Of a DNA stretch of 64,000 bases, positions 19,187-30,088 are shown in pieces; the first letter of the stretch is position 1, and every line of letters begins with the position of its first letter. Source of the DNA: an uncultured archaeon (GTDB lineage Archaea; Asgardarchaeota; Lokiarchaeia; Sigyniarchaeales; SOKP01); contig CAZWEM010000001.1 of NCBI GenBank assembly GCA_964632315.1, positions 96,001-160,000 of the forward strand. The letters run 5' to 3'. The notes below the pieces were generated by a model. That model was not told the origin of the DNA. It saw only the letters and a list, made by a program, of their open reading frames with translations, and did no database searches. Both the position numbers and the translations under genes were made by a program.

Positions 19187-21193
19187 TTGATCTTATCTAT
19201 GGTATCATTACAAGATTTTAATATGAAATATCATGAATTTTTTCCTTATGAGGATTTCCGAAATCAACAAGAAACCATAATTAGAAAAGTTGAAAGAGCA
19301 TCTAATGAAAAAAAAAATATTTTATTAGTTGCTCCCAATGGAACAGGAAAAACGATAATTGCGCTAAGTGCCCTTTTACCACTCGCTTATCAAAAAGATC
19401 TTAAAATCATTTATGTTTGTCGAACCCATGCTCAAAATACCAGAATTATCAAAGAATTAAAGCATATTTCAAAATTCATAGAAAATATTAACAAGACTCT
19501 GAGAGTGAGTGGATTATCAATTCGGGGGAGAACTGATATGTGTTTGAATGAAACATTATTAAACCTCAAGTTAGGACCAAAGGAATCAATGTCTGTATGT
19601 TTTGATTTTAGGACTAACCGAAATTGCCGATACTTTAACAAACTTACGAAAGATAAGGATCTTCTAGATAATCTTGGTAAATTAGCGCCTAATCTAATTG
19701 ATAAACCAGTTGATGCTGAAGAATTAATAGATTTTTGTAAAGAAAAAGCAATTTGTCCTTATTATCTTAGTAAGCTTTTATTGAAACATATGAAACTGGT
19801 CATTTGTAATTACCAATGGGTATTCAATCCACACATTAGGGATAATTTCCTTCAATTAATTGAAAAAGACATTGAAAATTGTATTTTGGTGATTGATGAG
19901 TGTCATAATTTAATTGACGTTGCTACTGAAATTAACTCCAAAAAACTCACGCCTTATTCAATGAGATTATGCTTAAGAGATTTAGAGATGTATCAATCCC
20001 CTCCTATGATGCAGGAATTTCTGAGTATGCTTATAAATCATTTGAATAAAAAGAAAAGTAATTTAAAGTATGGAGAACAAGCTGTAAACCCCTCTAATTT
20101 CTTGAATCAAATAAATAAACATTTAGGCTTTAAATCTCTGAGGGAATTTGAAAATTTCATCAAAGATATTCAAGATTTTGGGCTTTCGATTAAAAAAGAA
20201 AAATTTGCTAATGGGGAAGTATCTAGGGACTATATTGGCGCTTTTACAGAATTTTGGTTAAAATGGCTTATGACTTATTCAAGAAATAATTACTTTTTTT
20301 GCTATAACAGAAGAAGCGTTGGCAGCAAAATTAGTGTATCCTTGGAAATTGTCGCATTGGATCCAAGGGAAGTAGTGATTCCCATTTTAAGAGATTCATA
20401 TGCGAATTTAAATCTCTCAGGAACAGTTAATCCTTATGTATATACAAATTTAATGGGTTTAAAAAAAAGCGGGAAAGAATATGAAGAAATTAATGGAGAT
20501 TCTATATTCAAGAAAGAGAATGTTAAAGCATTGATAATTGAAGGTGTAAATACAAAAAATGTCAATAGAACATCTTCGATGTATAAAAAAATTGTTGGAA
20601 AGATTGAAGAAGTAATTTATAGTACGCCAGCAAATATTGGTATCTTTTGTGCTTCATACAAAATACTTGATGCATTGGTTTCAAATGGGATTAGAAACGT
20701 GGCAATTAAGTATAATAAAAAACTATTTATTGAAGAACCAGGACTTTCTGCGTCAGAAAACTCCTTATTGATTAATGACTTTAAATCAATGGCTAGTCAA
20801 CCTAATCAAGGAGCAATTTTGTTAGGAGTTTGTGGGGGAAGAAATTCAGAAGGAGAAGATTATCCCGGTGATTATATGAACTCTGTTGTAATTGCAGGTT
20901 TTCCTTATCATTTACCTACACCTCGAGTTGAAGCTAAAATTGCATACTATAATAAAGCTTTTAACGGAAATGGATGGAACTTAGCTTATTTATATCCAGC
21001 TATTCAAAGAGCTAATCAAGCTAGTGGAAGACCAATTAGAAAAATAACGGATAAAGGAGCACTTATTTTTATGGATTCTCGATTCAAGCAGAAGCTCAAT
21101 TGGATCTCTCCCTGGATAAGGGACCAAATTAAAATTATTCCAGATAGGAGTAACTTGATCATGGAAGAATTACACGATTTTTGGAGAACATAA
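19187..21193 (+). CDS. xpd: XPD/Rad3/DinG-family Fe-S DNA helicase
   Basis: APNGTGKT, four Fe-S cysteines (MC..VC..NC..CPYY), DECH, SGT, SEGEDY, QASGRPIR. Confidence 0.9.
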   Translation: MILSMVSLQDFNMKYHEFFPYEDFRNQQETIIRKVERASNEKKNILLVAPNGTGKTIIALSALLPLAYQKDLKIIYVCRTHAQNTRIIKELKHISKFIENINKTLRVSGLSIRGRTDMCLNETLLNLKLGPKESMSVCFDFRTNRNCRYFNKLTKDKDLLDNLGKLAPNLIDKPVDAEELIDFCKEKAICPYYLSKLLLKHMKLVICNYQWVFNPHIRDNFLQLIEKDIENCILVIDECHNLIDVATEINSKKLTPYSMRLCLRDLEMYQSPPMMQEFLSMLINHLNKKKSNLKYGEQAVNPSNFLNQINKHLGFKSLREFENFIKDIQDFGLSIKKEKFANGEVSRDYIGAFTEFWLKWLMTYSRNNYFFCYNRRSVGSKISVSLEIVALDPREVVIPILRDSYANLNLSGTVNPYVYTNLMGLKKSGKEYEEINGDSIFKKENVKALIIEGVNTKNVNRTSSMYKKIVGKIEEVIYSTPANIGIFCASYKILDALVSNGIRNVAIKYNKKLFIEEPGLSASENSLLINDFKSMASQPNQGAILLGVCGGRNSEGEDYPGDYMNSVVIAGFPYHLPTPRVEAKIAYYNKAFNGNGWNLAYLYPAIQRANQASGRPIRKITDKGALIFMDSRFKQKLNWISPWIRDQIKIIPDRSNLIMEELHDFWRT

Positions 21194-21221
21194 TATTTGT
21201 AATCAGAAATCTATTATGGCT

Positions 21222-22985
21222 TCATTCAATCAAGCTCTGATATATTGTAACTAACTTATGAGTTACTTTCTCCCAAGTAAAATTATTTTTTACCCGCTTC
21301 GAGCAATTTTCTCTCATTTTAAAATAAAACAAAGGATCATCTACCACGTAAGACTTTACATTTTCATCGGGTATTAGATTAATTAAAGTATTCAAATCAG
21401 TGGAAACTCGTTGATTTTTTGATAAATAAGCTATTTTTGCTGCAATTAGAAGTGAAATTAAGGCATCAACAAACTCTTTTCCGTTGTCCTTATTTATTAA
21501 GATTCCTGTACCATTTTTTGGATCTTCTCTAATATCTAGTATTGTTTCTTGTAATCCTCCAACTTTTGTCGCAATTACAGGGACTTTAGAAGCCATTGCT
21601 TCGAGAGCCATAATTCCAAATGGTTCCCATCTTGATAAAGCACAATACGCATCTGAAGCAATATGTGCTAAGTAAAAAATGTCAGATGCGACTCCAAAAA
21701 TAATTCGAATATTTTCTGGAAATTTCTTAACATATGCAGAATACGTTTTTATTTCTTTTAAGCTATATTCAGTCGGTAAAATTAAAAATAGAAATTTCGC
21801 ATCGGGGATGATTTTAATTACATCTTGAACCCTTTCTAATATTATCTCAAATCCTTTTTGCGGTGAAATCCTACCTGTCGTTAATATTAGTGGTCCAGAG
21901 TCTTGAAATGCCTTAATACGACCATTTCTTACAAATGGATTACCATTTGAAATTTCATTTATTTCTTTTAAAACCTTTGGAGATCTAATTAAGGGACTTT
22001 CACTAAGATTCCCAAGTTTATATTCTAAGAGGTATTTTTTCAAATTTTCTTTAGTAAGAGAAAGATCATCTTGAAGGGTCAAAAATTCACGAACTTCTAT
22101 TCCATGATTTTTAATGACATTTGAGTATAATTCATCATAATCCCAATCACATCCATCCCAAATAAAGTCTGATTTAAATCTAATTAATTCCTTTCCACAG
22201 TTAGGGATTATATCTGATAATAAGTATGATTGACTCACACTTGTTACCAAATCACATACAATGGCTCCTATTTTTTCTACAGTAGGTATTTCTTCCGTTT
22301 CTTTACTCAGTGCAAAAATCTTATCGAAGTTTAAGTATTTTATTCCGTCTTTTAATTTAATTCTTATAGCAGTATCATCAATTCCCCAAGCTTTGTAAAA
22401 TTTTTTCTCTATTCTCGGATAAGTTAATAGATGAATAGTAATAATAGATGGGATGAAAATATCATGATTTTCAATTAATTGTTTAATCGAGAGATAAGGA
22501 AATACAACGTGGTAATCGTGTAAATGAATAATATTTGGTAATAATTCCGGGTATTCATGTAGAAAATGATCCACTAAAAATTTCATCCCTAAACTAAAAA
22601 ATCCAACTTTGCCTTTTATGGTATCTGGGTTATAAACTGTAGGATCATCTAAAAACTTCCTTGTAAATGGATTATTTCCTGAAACCAGGATCACAGTCAC
22701 TTTTTGCTTCTGATACTTAAAAAAAGAAATATCAAATATTTCATTTGAGTCTTCTAAGCCAAATTTATCAGTATTTATAAGCCCTTTATAACTGATCGGA
22801 ATCTTTTCAATCTTTTCATTTTGCTTAATTTTCTCAACTTGACCATGTGCTGGCATGAATACTGTGATATCATATAAATCTGCTAAATGTTTTGCTTGGT
22901 TTGCGGGAACTTCACCTAATCCTCCAACTTTCATAACCCCAGCAAATTCAAAGGTGAAAATCCAGATTTTCTGTTTAGTTGACAT
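21222..22985 (-). CDS. glgA: Glycogen/starch synthase (GT5-like)
   Basis: KVGGLG, HLHDYH, TIH, SVSQSY, GRISPQKG, SRWEPFGIMALEAM, VGGLQETI. Confidence 0.88.
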   Translation of the reverse strand: MSTKQKIWIFTFEFAGVMKVGGLGEVPANQAKHLADLYDITVFMPAHGQVEKIKQNEKIEKIPISYKGLINTDKFGLEDSNEIFDISFFKYQKQKVTVILVSGNNPFTRKFLDDPTVYNPDTIKGKVGFFSLGMKFLVDHFLHEYPELLPNIIHLHDYHVVFPYLSIKQLIENHDIFIPSIITIHLLTYPRIEKKFYKAWGIDDTAIRIKLKDGIKYLNFDKIFALSKETEEIPTVEKIGAIVCDLVTSVSQSYLLSDIIPNCGKELIRFKSDFIWDGCDWDYDELYSNVIKNHGIEVREFLTLQDDLSLTKENLKKYLLEYKLGNLSESPLIRSPKVLKEINEISNGNPFVRNGRIKAFQDSGPLILTTGRISPQKGFEIILERVQDVIKIIPDAKFLFLILPTEYSLKEIKTYSAYVKKFPENIRIIFGVASDIFYLAHIASDAYCALSRWEPFGIMALEAMASKVPVIATKVGGLQETILDIREDPKNGTGILINKDNGKEFVDALISLLIAAKIAYLSKNQRVSTDLNTLINLIPDENVKSYVVDDPLFYFKMRENCSKRVKNNFTWEKVTHKLVTIYQSLIE

Positions 22986-23088
22986 TGCCGCTCTAAAAAT
23001 CTTAAGTCTTTATTTATTTTAGATATCTAATTATAGCTATAAATAGTTAATTAAAAATGTAATTAGTTTAAGTTATTAGTACATGCAT

Positions 23089-24726
23089 TTATGATTTATG
23101 CCTTAAAATTTGCCCCCCTAATTCACCAGAGTGCACTCCATGAGAGACAGTGATCACTCCATTAATAATGACATAATCTATTCCTTTTGGAGGGCTAGAT
23201 CCATTTTTTAAAGTTCCAGTTTCATCAATCTCTTCTAAGTCAAATATTACAATATCAGCATTAAATCCCTCTTTAATTAATCCTCTACTTGTAAGTGAGA
23301 GGATTGAGGCCGGTAATGAAGTCATTTTTCTAATCATCTCTTCTATTGAAAACAAACCTTTCTCCCTTACCCACCTAGCAATGATTCTAGGAAAAGCTCC
23401 GTAGGTACGTGGATGGTTGTTTCCTCCAACAATCAAAACAGCATCTGAACTCGGGGCTACGTATATTTGTTTAAATATAGGGATCATGCTTAATTCTTCA
23501 TCTTTTTGTTGGATCCTAATCATTATTCCTCCCTCTTCATCTACAAAATAATCTAATAAAGCATCTTCTAATTCTTTTTCGGGATAAAGAGATGTTAGAA
23601 CTTCATATAAAGTCTTTCCCTCAGCGGTGTGATTATGTAATGCATATATAATAATTACTCCCTTGCTCAAAATTGGTACTATTCTTTTTCTGAGTAGAAA
23701 CTTTGGCACTAACTTCATATAAAGGGGAGCATCTGATAAGAACATTGAATATAATTTATCAAAAATTTCACTTTTTATCAGTTTTCTTGTATTCTCATCT
23801 TTCAAATTACCCTTAAAATCATCATAAACCCATGTTGGAAGTAAAACAAAAGAGAGACTTGTAAATCCATCATCATAAACAGTCATATCCGCTGTAATAT
23901 TTAAACCCTCTTTTCTTGAATTATTTACTAATTCAATTGCTTCTTTTGTTAAATCTTCATACTTATATCGACTAATAGCGCTCCAATGTGAAATATGCGC
24001 TTGAACTTTTGCTTCTTTAGCTATTCGTAGTAGTTCATTCATTCCAATATCGATAACACCAGCACCTTCGTTTCTCATATGAGAATCATAAAAACCATTA
24101 AATTCGCTTATCACTTTTGTTATTTCAATCAATTCTTCAGTACTTGTTGAAGAGCCTGGAGGATAAACTAATCCTGTTGACAAACCAAAGGCTCCAAATT
24201 CCATGTTCTCCCGAATAAGCTGTTTCATTTGATTCAATTCATCTTGGTTTGCAGGTCTAGTTTCTGTACCCATAATATATGCTCTTACATTTCCCTGGGG
24301 GATCATTAACCCGATATTAATAGATACTCCTTTACTTTCCAAAGCTTTTGAGAATTGCTCTAGGTCTTCATAAAGACTTGGGGATGCGCAGAAAGCTTTG
24401 TTTACAAAATTATAGTAATACTTTTTAACATTGTCATTGGCGGGATATACTCCAATACCACAAACCCCCGTTAGAATCGTGGTTATGCCCTGATTTACAT
24501 ATGCCTCTGCCTTGTTTTCCTCTAAGATTGTTAAATCTGCGTGATTATGTATATCTATAAAACCAGGACTGACGTATCTCCCTCCAGCATCAATTATTTC
24601 GCTTGAGGAAGACTCAATTTCTGGAGCTATTTTTACAATCTTTCCATCCTTTATCAATATATCCAATTTTTTGGCTGGTGAGCCATTTCCATCGATAACT
24701 TTCCCATTTTTAATTAATAATTGCAT
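23089..24726 (-). CDS. N-acyl-D-amino-acid deacylase (amidohydrolase)
   Basis: PGFIDIHNHAD, QGITT, GLSTGLVYPPG, SHMRNE, HISH, HPRTYGAFPR, ADIVIFD. Confidence 0.9.
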   Translation of the reverse strand: MQLLIKNGKVIDGNGSPAKKLDILIKDGKIVKIAPEIESSSSEIIDAGGRYVSPGFIDIHNHADLTILEENKAEAYVNQGITTILTGVCGIGVYPANDNVKKYYYNFVNKAFCASPSLYEDLEQFSKALESKGVSINIGLMIPQGNVRAYIMGTETRPANQDELNQMKQLIRENMEFGAFGLSTGLVYPPGSSTSTEELIEITKVISEFNGFYDSHMRNEGAGVIDIGMNELLRIAKEAKVQAHISHWSAISRYKYEDLTKEAIELVNNSRKEGLNITADMTVYDDGFTSLSFVLLPTWVYDDFKGNLKDENTRKLIKSEIFDKLYSMFLSDAPLYMKLVPKFLLRKRIVPILSKGVIIIYALHNHTAEGKTLYEVLTSLYPEKELEDALLDYFVDEEGGIMIRIQQKDEELSMIPIFKQIYVAPSSDAVLIVGGNNHPRTYGAFPRIIARWVREKGLFSIEEMIRKMTSLPASILSLTSRGLIKEGFNADIVIFDLEEIDETGTLKNGSSPPKGIDYVIINGVITVSHGVHSGELGGQILRHKS

Positions 24727-24810
24727 AAAGCTTCAAATTCAGTTGGAGTAATTAGAATTAATAGTATTGAATAAGAAAATTCATAATGTTATTTTAATTC
24801 TTTTTCAATA

Positions 24811-25977
24811 ATGTGTGATACTCTTGTAGCTTTAGCCAATTCCACCAAAGATGGAAGTGTGATATTTGGAAAAAATAGTGATCGCCCCCGGTTAGAAGCC
24901 CAATTAATTAGCTATATTCCTCGAAAAAAATGGACTGAAAAAGAAGTGGAATGTACCTACATATCTATCCCACAAGTTAAAGAAACCGCCTCTGTAATTT
25001 TAAGTCAACCTTTCTGGATGTGGGGTGCTGAAATGGGAGCAAATGAGTATGGAGTAGTTATTGGGAACGAAGCAGTACATTCTTATGAACCAATTAGAGA
25101 TACTGGTTTATTAGGCATGGATCTATTGAGATTATCCCTCGAAAGAGGAAAAAATGCACTTGGGTCAGTTCAAATAATTACTAATTTATTGGAAGAATAC
25201 CATCAAGGAGGTGGATGTGCGTTTAATGATTCAAGTTGGAGTTATCATAATTCATTCATTGTAGCGGATTCCAAAGAAGCTTATGTTCTAGAAACTGCTG
25301 ATGATTGGTGGATAGTAGAAAAAGTTGTTAATGTCAGATCTATCTCGAATGGTCTCAGCATAAGGGGTAAAGGTGATTTTCGTCGAAAAGGTATAATACA
25401 ACATGCAATTGAAAAGGCCTATTGTAAAGATGATGATGATTTTGATTTTACCCTAACATTTTCGGGTTCAGATGGTGTAAGTCCATTTTCTCGAGGAGAA
25501 AAGTCCCAAAATTTACTATTTGAAAATGTAAATCAAATTAATCCGGAAATGATGATGGATTTCTTAAGGGAACATGAGGCAGGAATATGCATGCATGGTG
25601 GTTTTGAGTCTACTGGTTCTCAAGTTTCCCATTTAAAAGATGATGAGTGCCATATCCATTGGTTTACGGGTACTACTCTGCCGTGTCTTAGCATTTATAA
25701 ACCCTATCACTTTCCAGCTGATGAACAAGTTTTTCTATCTCCAGGACCTTATACGAAAGTGAATCAAAACTGGATTTGGGCAAAACACTCAAATTTTATA
25801 AAACATAACCTTAATACTGATTTCAAAGAAAAGTTTGGAAACCTTGAGACTAAAATTAAAAATCAAGTTAAAAACATAATCACTAAATGTTCTGCGCAAA
25901 CAAGAGACAAAGTTAATAAAGATATTACATATCTAAATCAGCAAATTTGGAAATCCATGCAAAATTTAATCAATTGA
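24811..25977 (+). CDS. Peptidase C69 / secernin-like Ntn hydrolase
   Basis: N-terminal MCDT nucleophile, FGKNSDRP, WMWGAEMGANEYGV.IGNEA, GMDLLRL.LER, ICMH. Confidence 0.92.
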   Translation: MCDTLVALANSTKDGSVIFGKNSDRPRLEAQLISYIPRKKWTEKEVECTYISIPQVKETASVILSQPFWMWGAEMGANEYGVVIGNEAVHSYEPIRDTGLLGMDLLRLSLERGKNALGSVQIITNLLEEYHQGGGCAFNDSSWSYHNSFIVADSKEAYVLETADDWWIVEKVVNVRSISNGLSIRGKGDFRRKGIIQHAIEKAYCKDDDDFDFTLTFSGSDGVSPFSRGEKSQNLLFENVNQINPEMMMDFLREHEAGICMHGGFESTGSQVSHLKDDECHIHWFTGTTLPCLSIYKPYHFPADEQVFLSPGPYTKVNQNWIWAKHSNFIKHNLNTDFKEKFGNLETKIKNQVKNIITKCSAQTRDKVNKDITYLNQQIWKSMQNLIN

Positions 25978-25984
25978 GAATAGG

Positions 25985-27403
25985 TCATTTAGTCACACTT
26001 TTTAGAAGTGTTTTTGATTGGATTTCGATAATTTGTCCACATAAAGGACTAAAACACATAAAAGGTTCATATCCTCCCTCGTCAATATATGTTTTCAAGG
26101 GGAAAAGATAACCAATCCAATCTTGGGAGTTTTGAAAAATAAAAGTATTTTTTTCAGAGGTTGGAGAAGATATTAAAATCCTTTTTCCTATCTCGTCAAA
26201 TAATTCTCCGGGTATGGTCATAATTCCAAGATTCGGTCCTGATTGAGCCTTTAATATGATGAATTGAATCACCGTTTCACAATATTTTCTTAAATTTCTA
26301 CGTATAATCTTAAAAAATGGAAAATTGACGCTATCCTGATCAAATCGTGCTATTTTGAATAGAAAATATTTTTTTATTGCCCATTTTAATGAATTTCCAA
26401 ACCACGTTTTTGAAAAGTATCTCGCATCTTTCATTGGAATAGTTAAATTCTTAGAATAATTCTTAAGCTTGAAATTTTCAATGTAGTCTTCCTCTTTTAT
26501 AGAATTCGCTAATTTAAGAGATTCTTCAGCAATTGTAAATCCTATCTTTTTTGTGTGCTCATATGTTCCTAGCTGATCATAAGTCAATTTTTTGTCTTCC
26601 TCAATTTTCTTTAAATCTGTGCCCGAAGTGGTGATTGGATTTAAGTCTCCAGATGGTCCATTAAAATATATACATTTAATAGAGTTATTAGTCAGTTCTT
26701 CAATTTTAGCGATTATCCTTCCGGGATAATCGGCAGACAATTTGTTATTTTTGAATGATAAAGATGTTGGATGGCAAGCATAGTTAATGACTAAACCAAT
26801 TATTTTTTCTTCGTTTAAACTTTTAAATGAGATTACTCCAAGGTAAGGCATTGTATTTCTTAACGGCCATCTACGATTCACGACTAAATTGGGATTAAAC
26901 TCCTCTTTTTTCCATGCCCCTTTACATGGTTGTAAATTGTTCTTTAACCTTTCAACCATTTGAGATATCCTATCAGACATCCAAATTATAAATTTGTCGT
27001 TTTTATTGTCTGCAAACATAACACCTTTAATAAATGCGAATGCTCCTCCTTGGTAATAAAACTCCCCTGTTAGGTCAAATGAGGAATGAGTATGAGTAGC
27101 ATGGATAATTATATCATCTAGATGTAAAAAATTGACCCTATCAATAATCCTTTTCTTAATATATTCTACTATGGAAAAGGGTAATTTAAGAATATCTACA
27201 GAAATTAATAATAAATGTTTTTCTTTATCCACTTCATCTTTGACCCTAAGTAAAACCCCATAGGCATAAATATTATCTAATTTTCCTAAGCAACGCTCCT
27301 TTCGATCATATCCAGCTAAGGGTTTACCATAATAATCTTTTGGTGTAATATCTATCTTGTCAAAAGCAACCTTCATTAACTGTATTAAATTAATTGATTT
27401 CAA
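25985..27403 (-). CDS. Neutral/alkaline ceramidase-like amidohydrolase
   Basis: DITP..PLAGY, ATHTHS, NRR, NYACHPT, SADYPG, GPSGDLNP, PGELF, GGYE. Confidence 0.82.
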   Translation of the reverse strand: MKSINLIQLMKVAFDKIDITPKDYYGKPLAGYDRKERCLGKLDNIYAYGVLLRVKDEVDKEKHLLLISVDILKLPFSIVEYIKKRIIDRVNFLHLDDIIIHATHTHSSFDLTGEFYYQGGAFAFIKGVMFADNKNDKFIIWMSDRISQMVERLKNNLQPCKGAWKKEEFNPNLVVNRRWPLRNTMPYLGVISFKSLNEEKIIGLVINYACHPTSLSFKNNKLSADYPGRIIAKIEELTNNSIKCIYFNGPSGDLNPITTSGTDLKKIEEDKKLTYDQLGTYEHTKKIGFTIAEESLKLANSIKEEDYIENFKLKNYSKNLTIPMKDARYFSKTWFGNSLKWAIKKYFLFKIARFDQDSVNFPFFKIIRRNLRKYCETVIQFIILKAQSGPNLGIMTIPGELFDEIGKRILISSPTSEKNTFIFQNSQDWIGYLFPLKTYIDEGGYEPFMCFSPLCGQIIEIQSKTLLKSVTK

Positions 27404-27542
27404 AAATGTTATCTTTCAAAAGAAAATAGACTCTCTGATATCTTTTAGCAAAATTTTTATTTTTTTAAATATTTGAATTATTAATTTCATTTTATTATTA
27501 AGAAGAGTCCTGTTTACGTTGAATAAATTAGAACTGTTAGGT

Positions 27543-27806
27543 ATGGAAGGAACCATTGTAAATTATAAGCGTGGACGCCACGTTATACATCCAAAACATT
27601 GTATAATTGTATTTCCAGGAATAAAAACTAGGAAAGACGCAAATAAATTTATTGGTAGAACTATTATTTGGACTAGTTCATCTGGAAAAGAATTGAAAGG
27701 AATTATTTCACGAGCCCATGGAAACAACGGCGCGATGAGGGCTCATTTTAAAGATGCAGGAGTTCCAGGACAGGCTTTAGGACAGAAAGTTAAAATTATA
27801 AAATAA
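27543..27806 (+). CDS. rpl35ae: 50S ribosomal protein L35Ae (eL33)
   Basis: GTIVNYKRG, GIISRAHGNNGAMRAHF, PGQALG; ATG at 27543. Confidence 0.93.
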   Translation: MEGTIVNYKRGRHVIHPKHCIIVFPGIKTRKDANKFIGRTIIWTSSSGKELKGIISRAHGNNGAMRAHFKDAGVPGQALGQKVKIIK

Positions 27807-28006
27807 ATACTTACTTATTTTTGAGATTTTTTTGGAATTATTAAATGATCGAGAGTAAATTCATTTCGTCTTAAAAAGGCTTTTTTAAGCTTTTAAAAGA
27901 TATTACTCAAATAACATAACTATTGAAATTTAGAAAACCCTTCTAAAATTATGAAAACTGGAACTAAATTTTCTTCTTGATAACTTAAACTGGTTCAAAT
28001 ATAAAA

Positions 28007-30052
28007 ATGTCAGAACATAACTTACAAATCTGTCGATTTTGTCAAAGAAATATACAGTTGGCATACTATTGTGAAGATTGCGGAGTTAGTTGTTGTTCTG
28101 ATTGCCTTCATGAGGAAAAAAATGAATATTTTATATGCCAAGACTGTAATTCCAAAAATATTGAGGCATCTGATTCTGGAAAGAAAAAGTATTGTAAAGA
28201 ATGTGGTAGTGAAAACTTAACTCAATCAAGCCAATTACTAAAATCGTGCCCAAAATGTCATTCCACATCAATAATAAATATATATGAGAAGAAGGAAGAA
28301 TTAGAAAAGAGTTTCTTGAACTTAATTAAAAATGTACGAAATTTTTTAACTCCTTTCAGCGAATTAGTCAACTCAATGTATCAATTAAGGCAAATGATAA
28401 AAAATGCTAGAGCTCCCCCTATAAAATGCTTTCACTTTTCCAACCTTGAACCCGATTTGTTAGCTTTATTCAAATTACTTGTTTATGCTAAGGATAACTT
28501 CCATGAAAAGATTACAATTTTGTTCAATCATCTCTCACTGAATAAAGAATACTTTTTTGATATTTATACTCAACCTAACGCCAATGTAATAATCATCGAG
28601 GGAATATTAGAGAATCTAACTATAAATTATGAATCAATTCAAGAGTATGTTTCGAATAACGTTAAAACAATCAACTCAAGTTTAGATACAATAAAGAAAA
28701 ATCTCAAGTTTATTGATAAAATAACTTATTATTTTGATACATATAAAAAGTATTTGAATTTAGCAGAAGATGAAAAACCTATATATTCAATTCACGCTAA
28801 GCTAGCCAATGGCTTAAATACACATGATAAATACAAAAAAAGTAAAGGAGTACTTTTTATTACCAACTTGGATTTATCTTTTGTACAATTTAGTGGGAGA
28901 TTTAAAAAGAAAAAACAAGCGATTTTTAAAGCACCAGTAAATGATTTGATAAAAATTAGAGTACATGGAAAGGTTTTTAAGAAACTTTATATTGAATTTC
29001 CCTACGGGAGGTATGAATTCACTCTTCCTCCCAATTCTATAAATAAAGTATTAGATTACATTGTTTTAGCTCGAAATTTCGAAGATACAATAAAATTTGA
29101 TGAAGATGCTGCACAAAAATTAGATGAAATTTATATTGATTTAAACGAAATCACAGCATTTATTGAAGAGACTATAAATTCTTTTTTCAGTTTAAAATGT
29201 CAATACAATTCTGAGCATCAAAAGAGTGAACAACAACAGACAAATCAATATTTCCCGAATTTTTCAAATCCACAAATAAGAAATAGTCCTAATCCCGCTT
29301 ATATTAATACTTTTCAAAATGATATCAATAGGAATGCTTATAATCAAGAATTACCAAGAGCTTACTCAAGAGTGTATCCTCCTAACTCCTATATTTATCA
29401 ACCTGGGATAAGAGCAGATAACTCTGATAACTATTATCAATATGGAAATAGAGAACCATTATATAATAAATATGAAAGTAGATTTATCCCACAAACAATA
29501 TTTAATCCTCAAAGAATCCAAAATTATGAATCTTTAAGGTATTCTTCACCTTATAATATGCATTATCTCGATCCTGATGATAAAAATGTCTTAATGAAAA
29601 AATTAGAACAAGCAAATAAAAAGGGGCAATATGATCCTTATATGAGAAACCCCGCCGCTTATAGTCATGAATTGGAATCAAGTAATTTCCACGATAATAA
29701 ATATTATAATGATTTCTCTAAAAATCATCTGTCTGAGTTATTTGATCATGGTGAATTCCTAAATAATCCAATTAAGATGCCTAAACGCTATTCTAAACAA
29801 GTAAGAGAAAAAAGTAAAGAGATGAGTGAATTAGAAAAGGAGAGATATGGATTAGATGAAACCTTAAAAGCATTAGACACGAAATTCGATCAAGGCGTCA
29901 TTTCAGAAGTTGATTATTTTCGAACCTTCAAGAATCTACAAAAACAAATCTATGATATTGACCAAAAAATAGAATTACTGGGACAACAAATCGAAGATAT
30001 GAACTTTAAGCCCCATTTAAAAGATATTGAAGGAAAACGTTATTTTTCTTAA
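28007..30052 (+). CDS. Multidomain protein: B-box-like Zn fingers, coiled coil, PH/GRAM-like domain, N/Y/P/Q-rich linker, C-terminal steadiness-box-like helical hairpin
   Basis: Six CxxC pairs in the first ~85 aa; GVLFITNLDLSF PH/GRAM-like strand; GLDETLKALDTKFDQGVISEVDYFRTFKNLQKQIY resembles the Vps23/TSG101 steadiness box. Confidence 0.7.
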   Translation: MSEHNLQICRFCQRNIQLAYYCEDCGVSCCSDCLHEEKNEYFICQDCNSKNIEASDSGKKKYCKECGSENLTQSSQLLKSCPKCHSTSIINIYEKKEELEKSFLNLIKNVRNFLTPFSELVNSMYQLRQMIKNARAPPIKCFHFSNLEPDLLALFKLLVYAKDNFHEKITILFNHLSLNKEYFFDIYTQPNANVIIIEGILENLTINYESIQEYVSNNVKTINSSLDTIKKNLKFIDKITYYFDTYKKYLNLAEDEKPIYSIHAKLANGLNTHDKYKKSKGVLFITNLDLSFVQFSGRFKKKKQAIFKAPVNDLIKIRVHGKVFKKLYIEFPYGRYEFTLPPNSINKVLDYIVLARNFEDTIKFDEDAAQKLDEIYIDLNEITAFIEETINSFFSLKCQYNSEHQKSEQQQTNQYFPNFSNPQIRNSPNPAYINTFQNDINRNAYNQELPRAYSRVYPPNSYIYQPGIRADNSDNYYQYGNREPLYNKYESRFIPQTIFNPQRIQNYESLRYSSPYNMHYLDPDDKNVLMKKLEQANKKGQYDPYMRNPAAYSHELESSNFHDNKYYNDFSKNHLSELFDHGEFLNNPIKMPKRYSKQVREKSKEMSELEKERYGLDETLKALDTKFDQGVISEVDYFRTFKNLQKQIYDIDQKIELLGQQIEDMNFKPHLKDIEGKRYFS

Positions 30053-30088
30053 AATAGAAGATAAATTATGAAAAGGAATTAACTATAA

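Noticed and set aside
27870-27900. Short inverted repeat CTTAAAAA-GGCT-TTTTTAAG after rpl35ae
   Set aside because: Almost all A/T and likely by chance in this composition; at most a weak terminator
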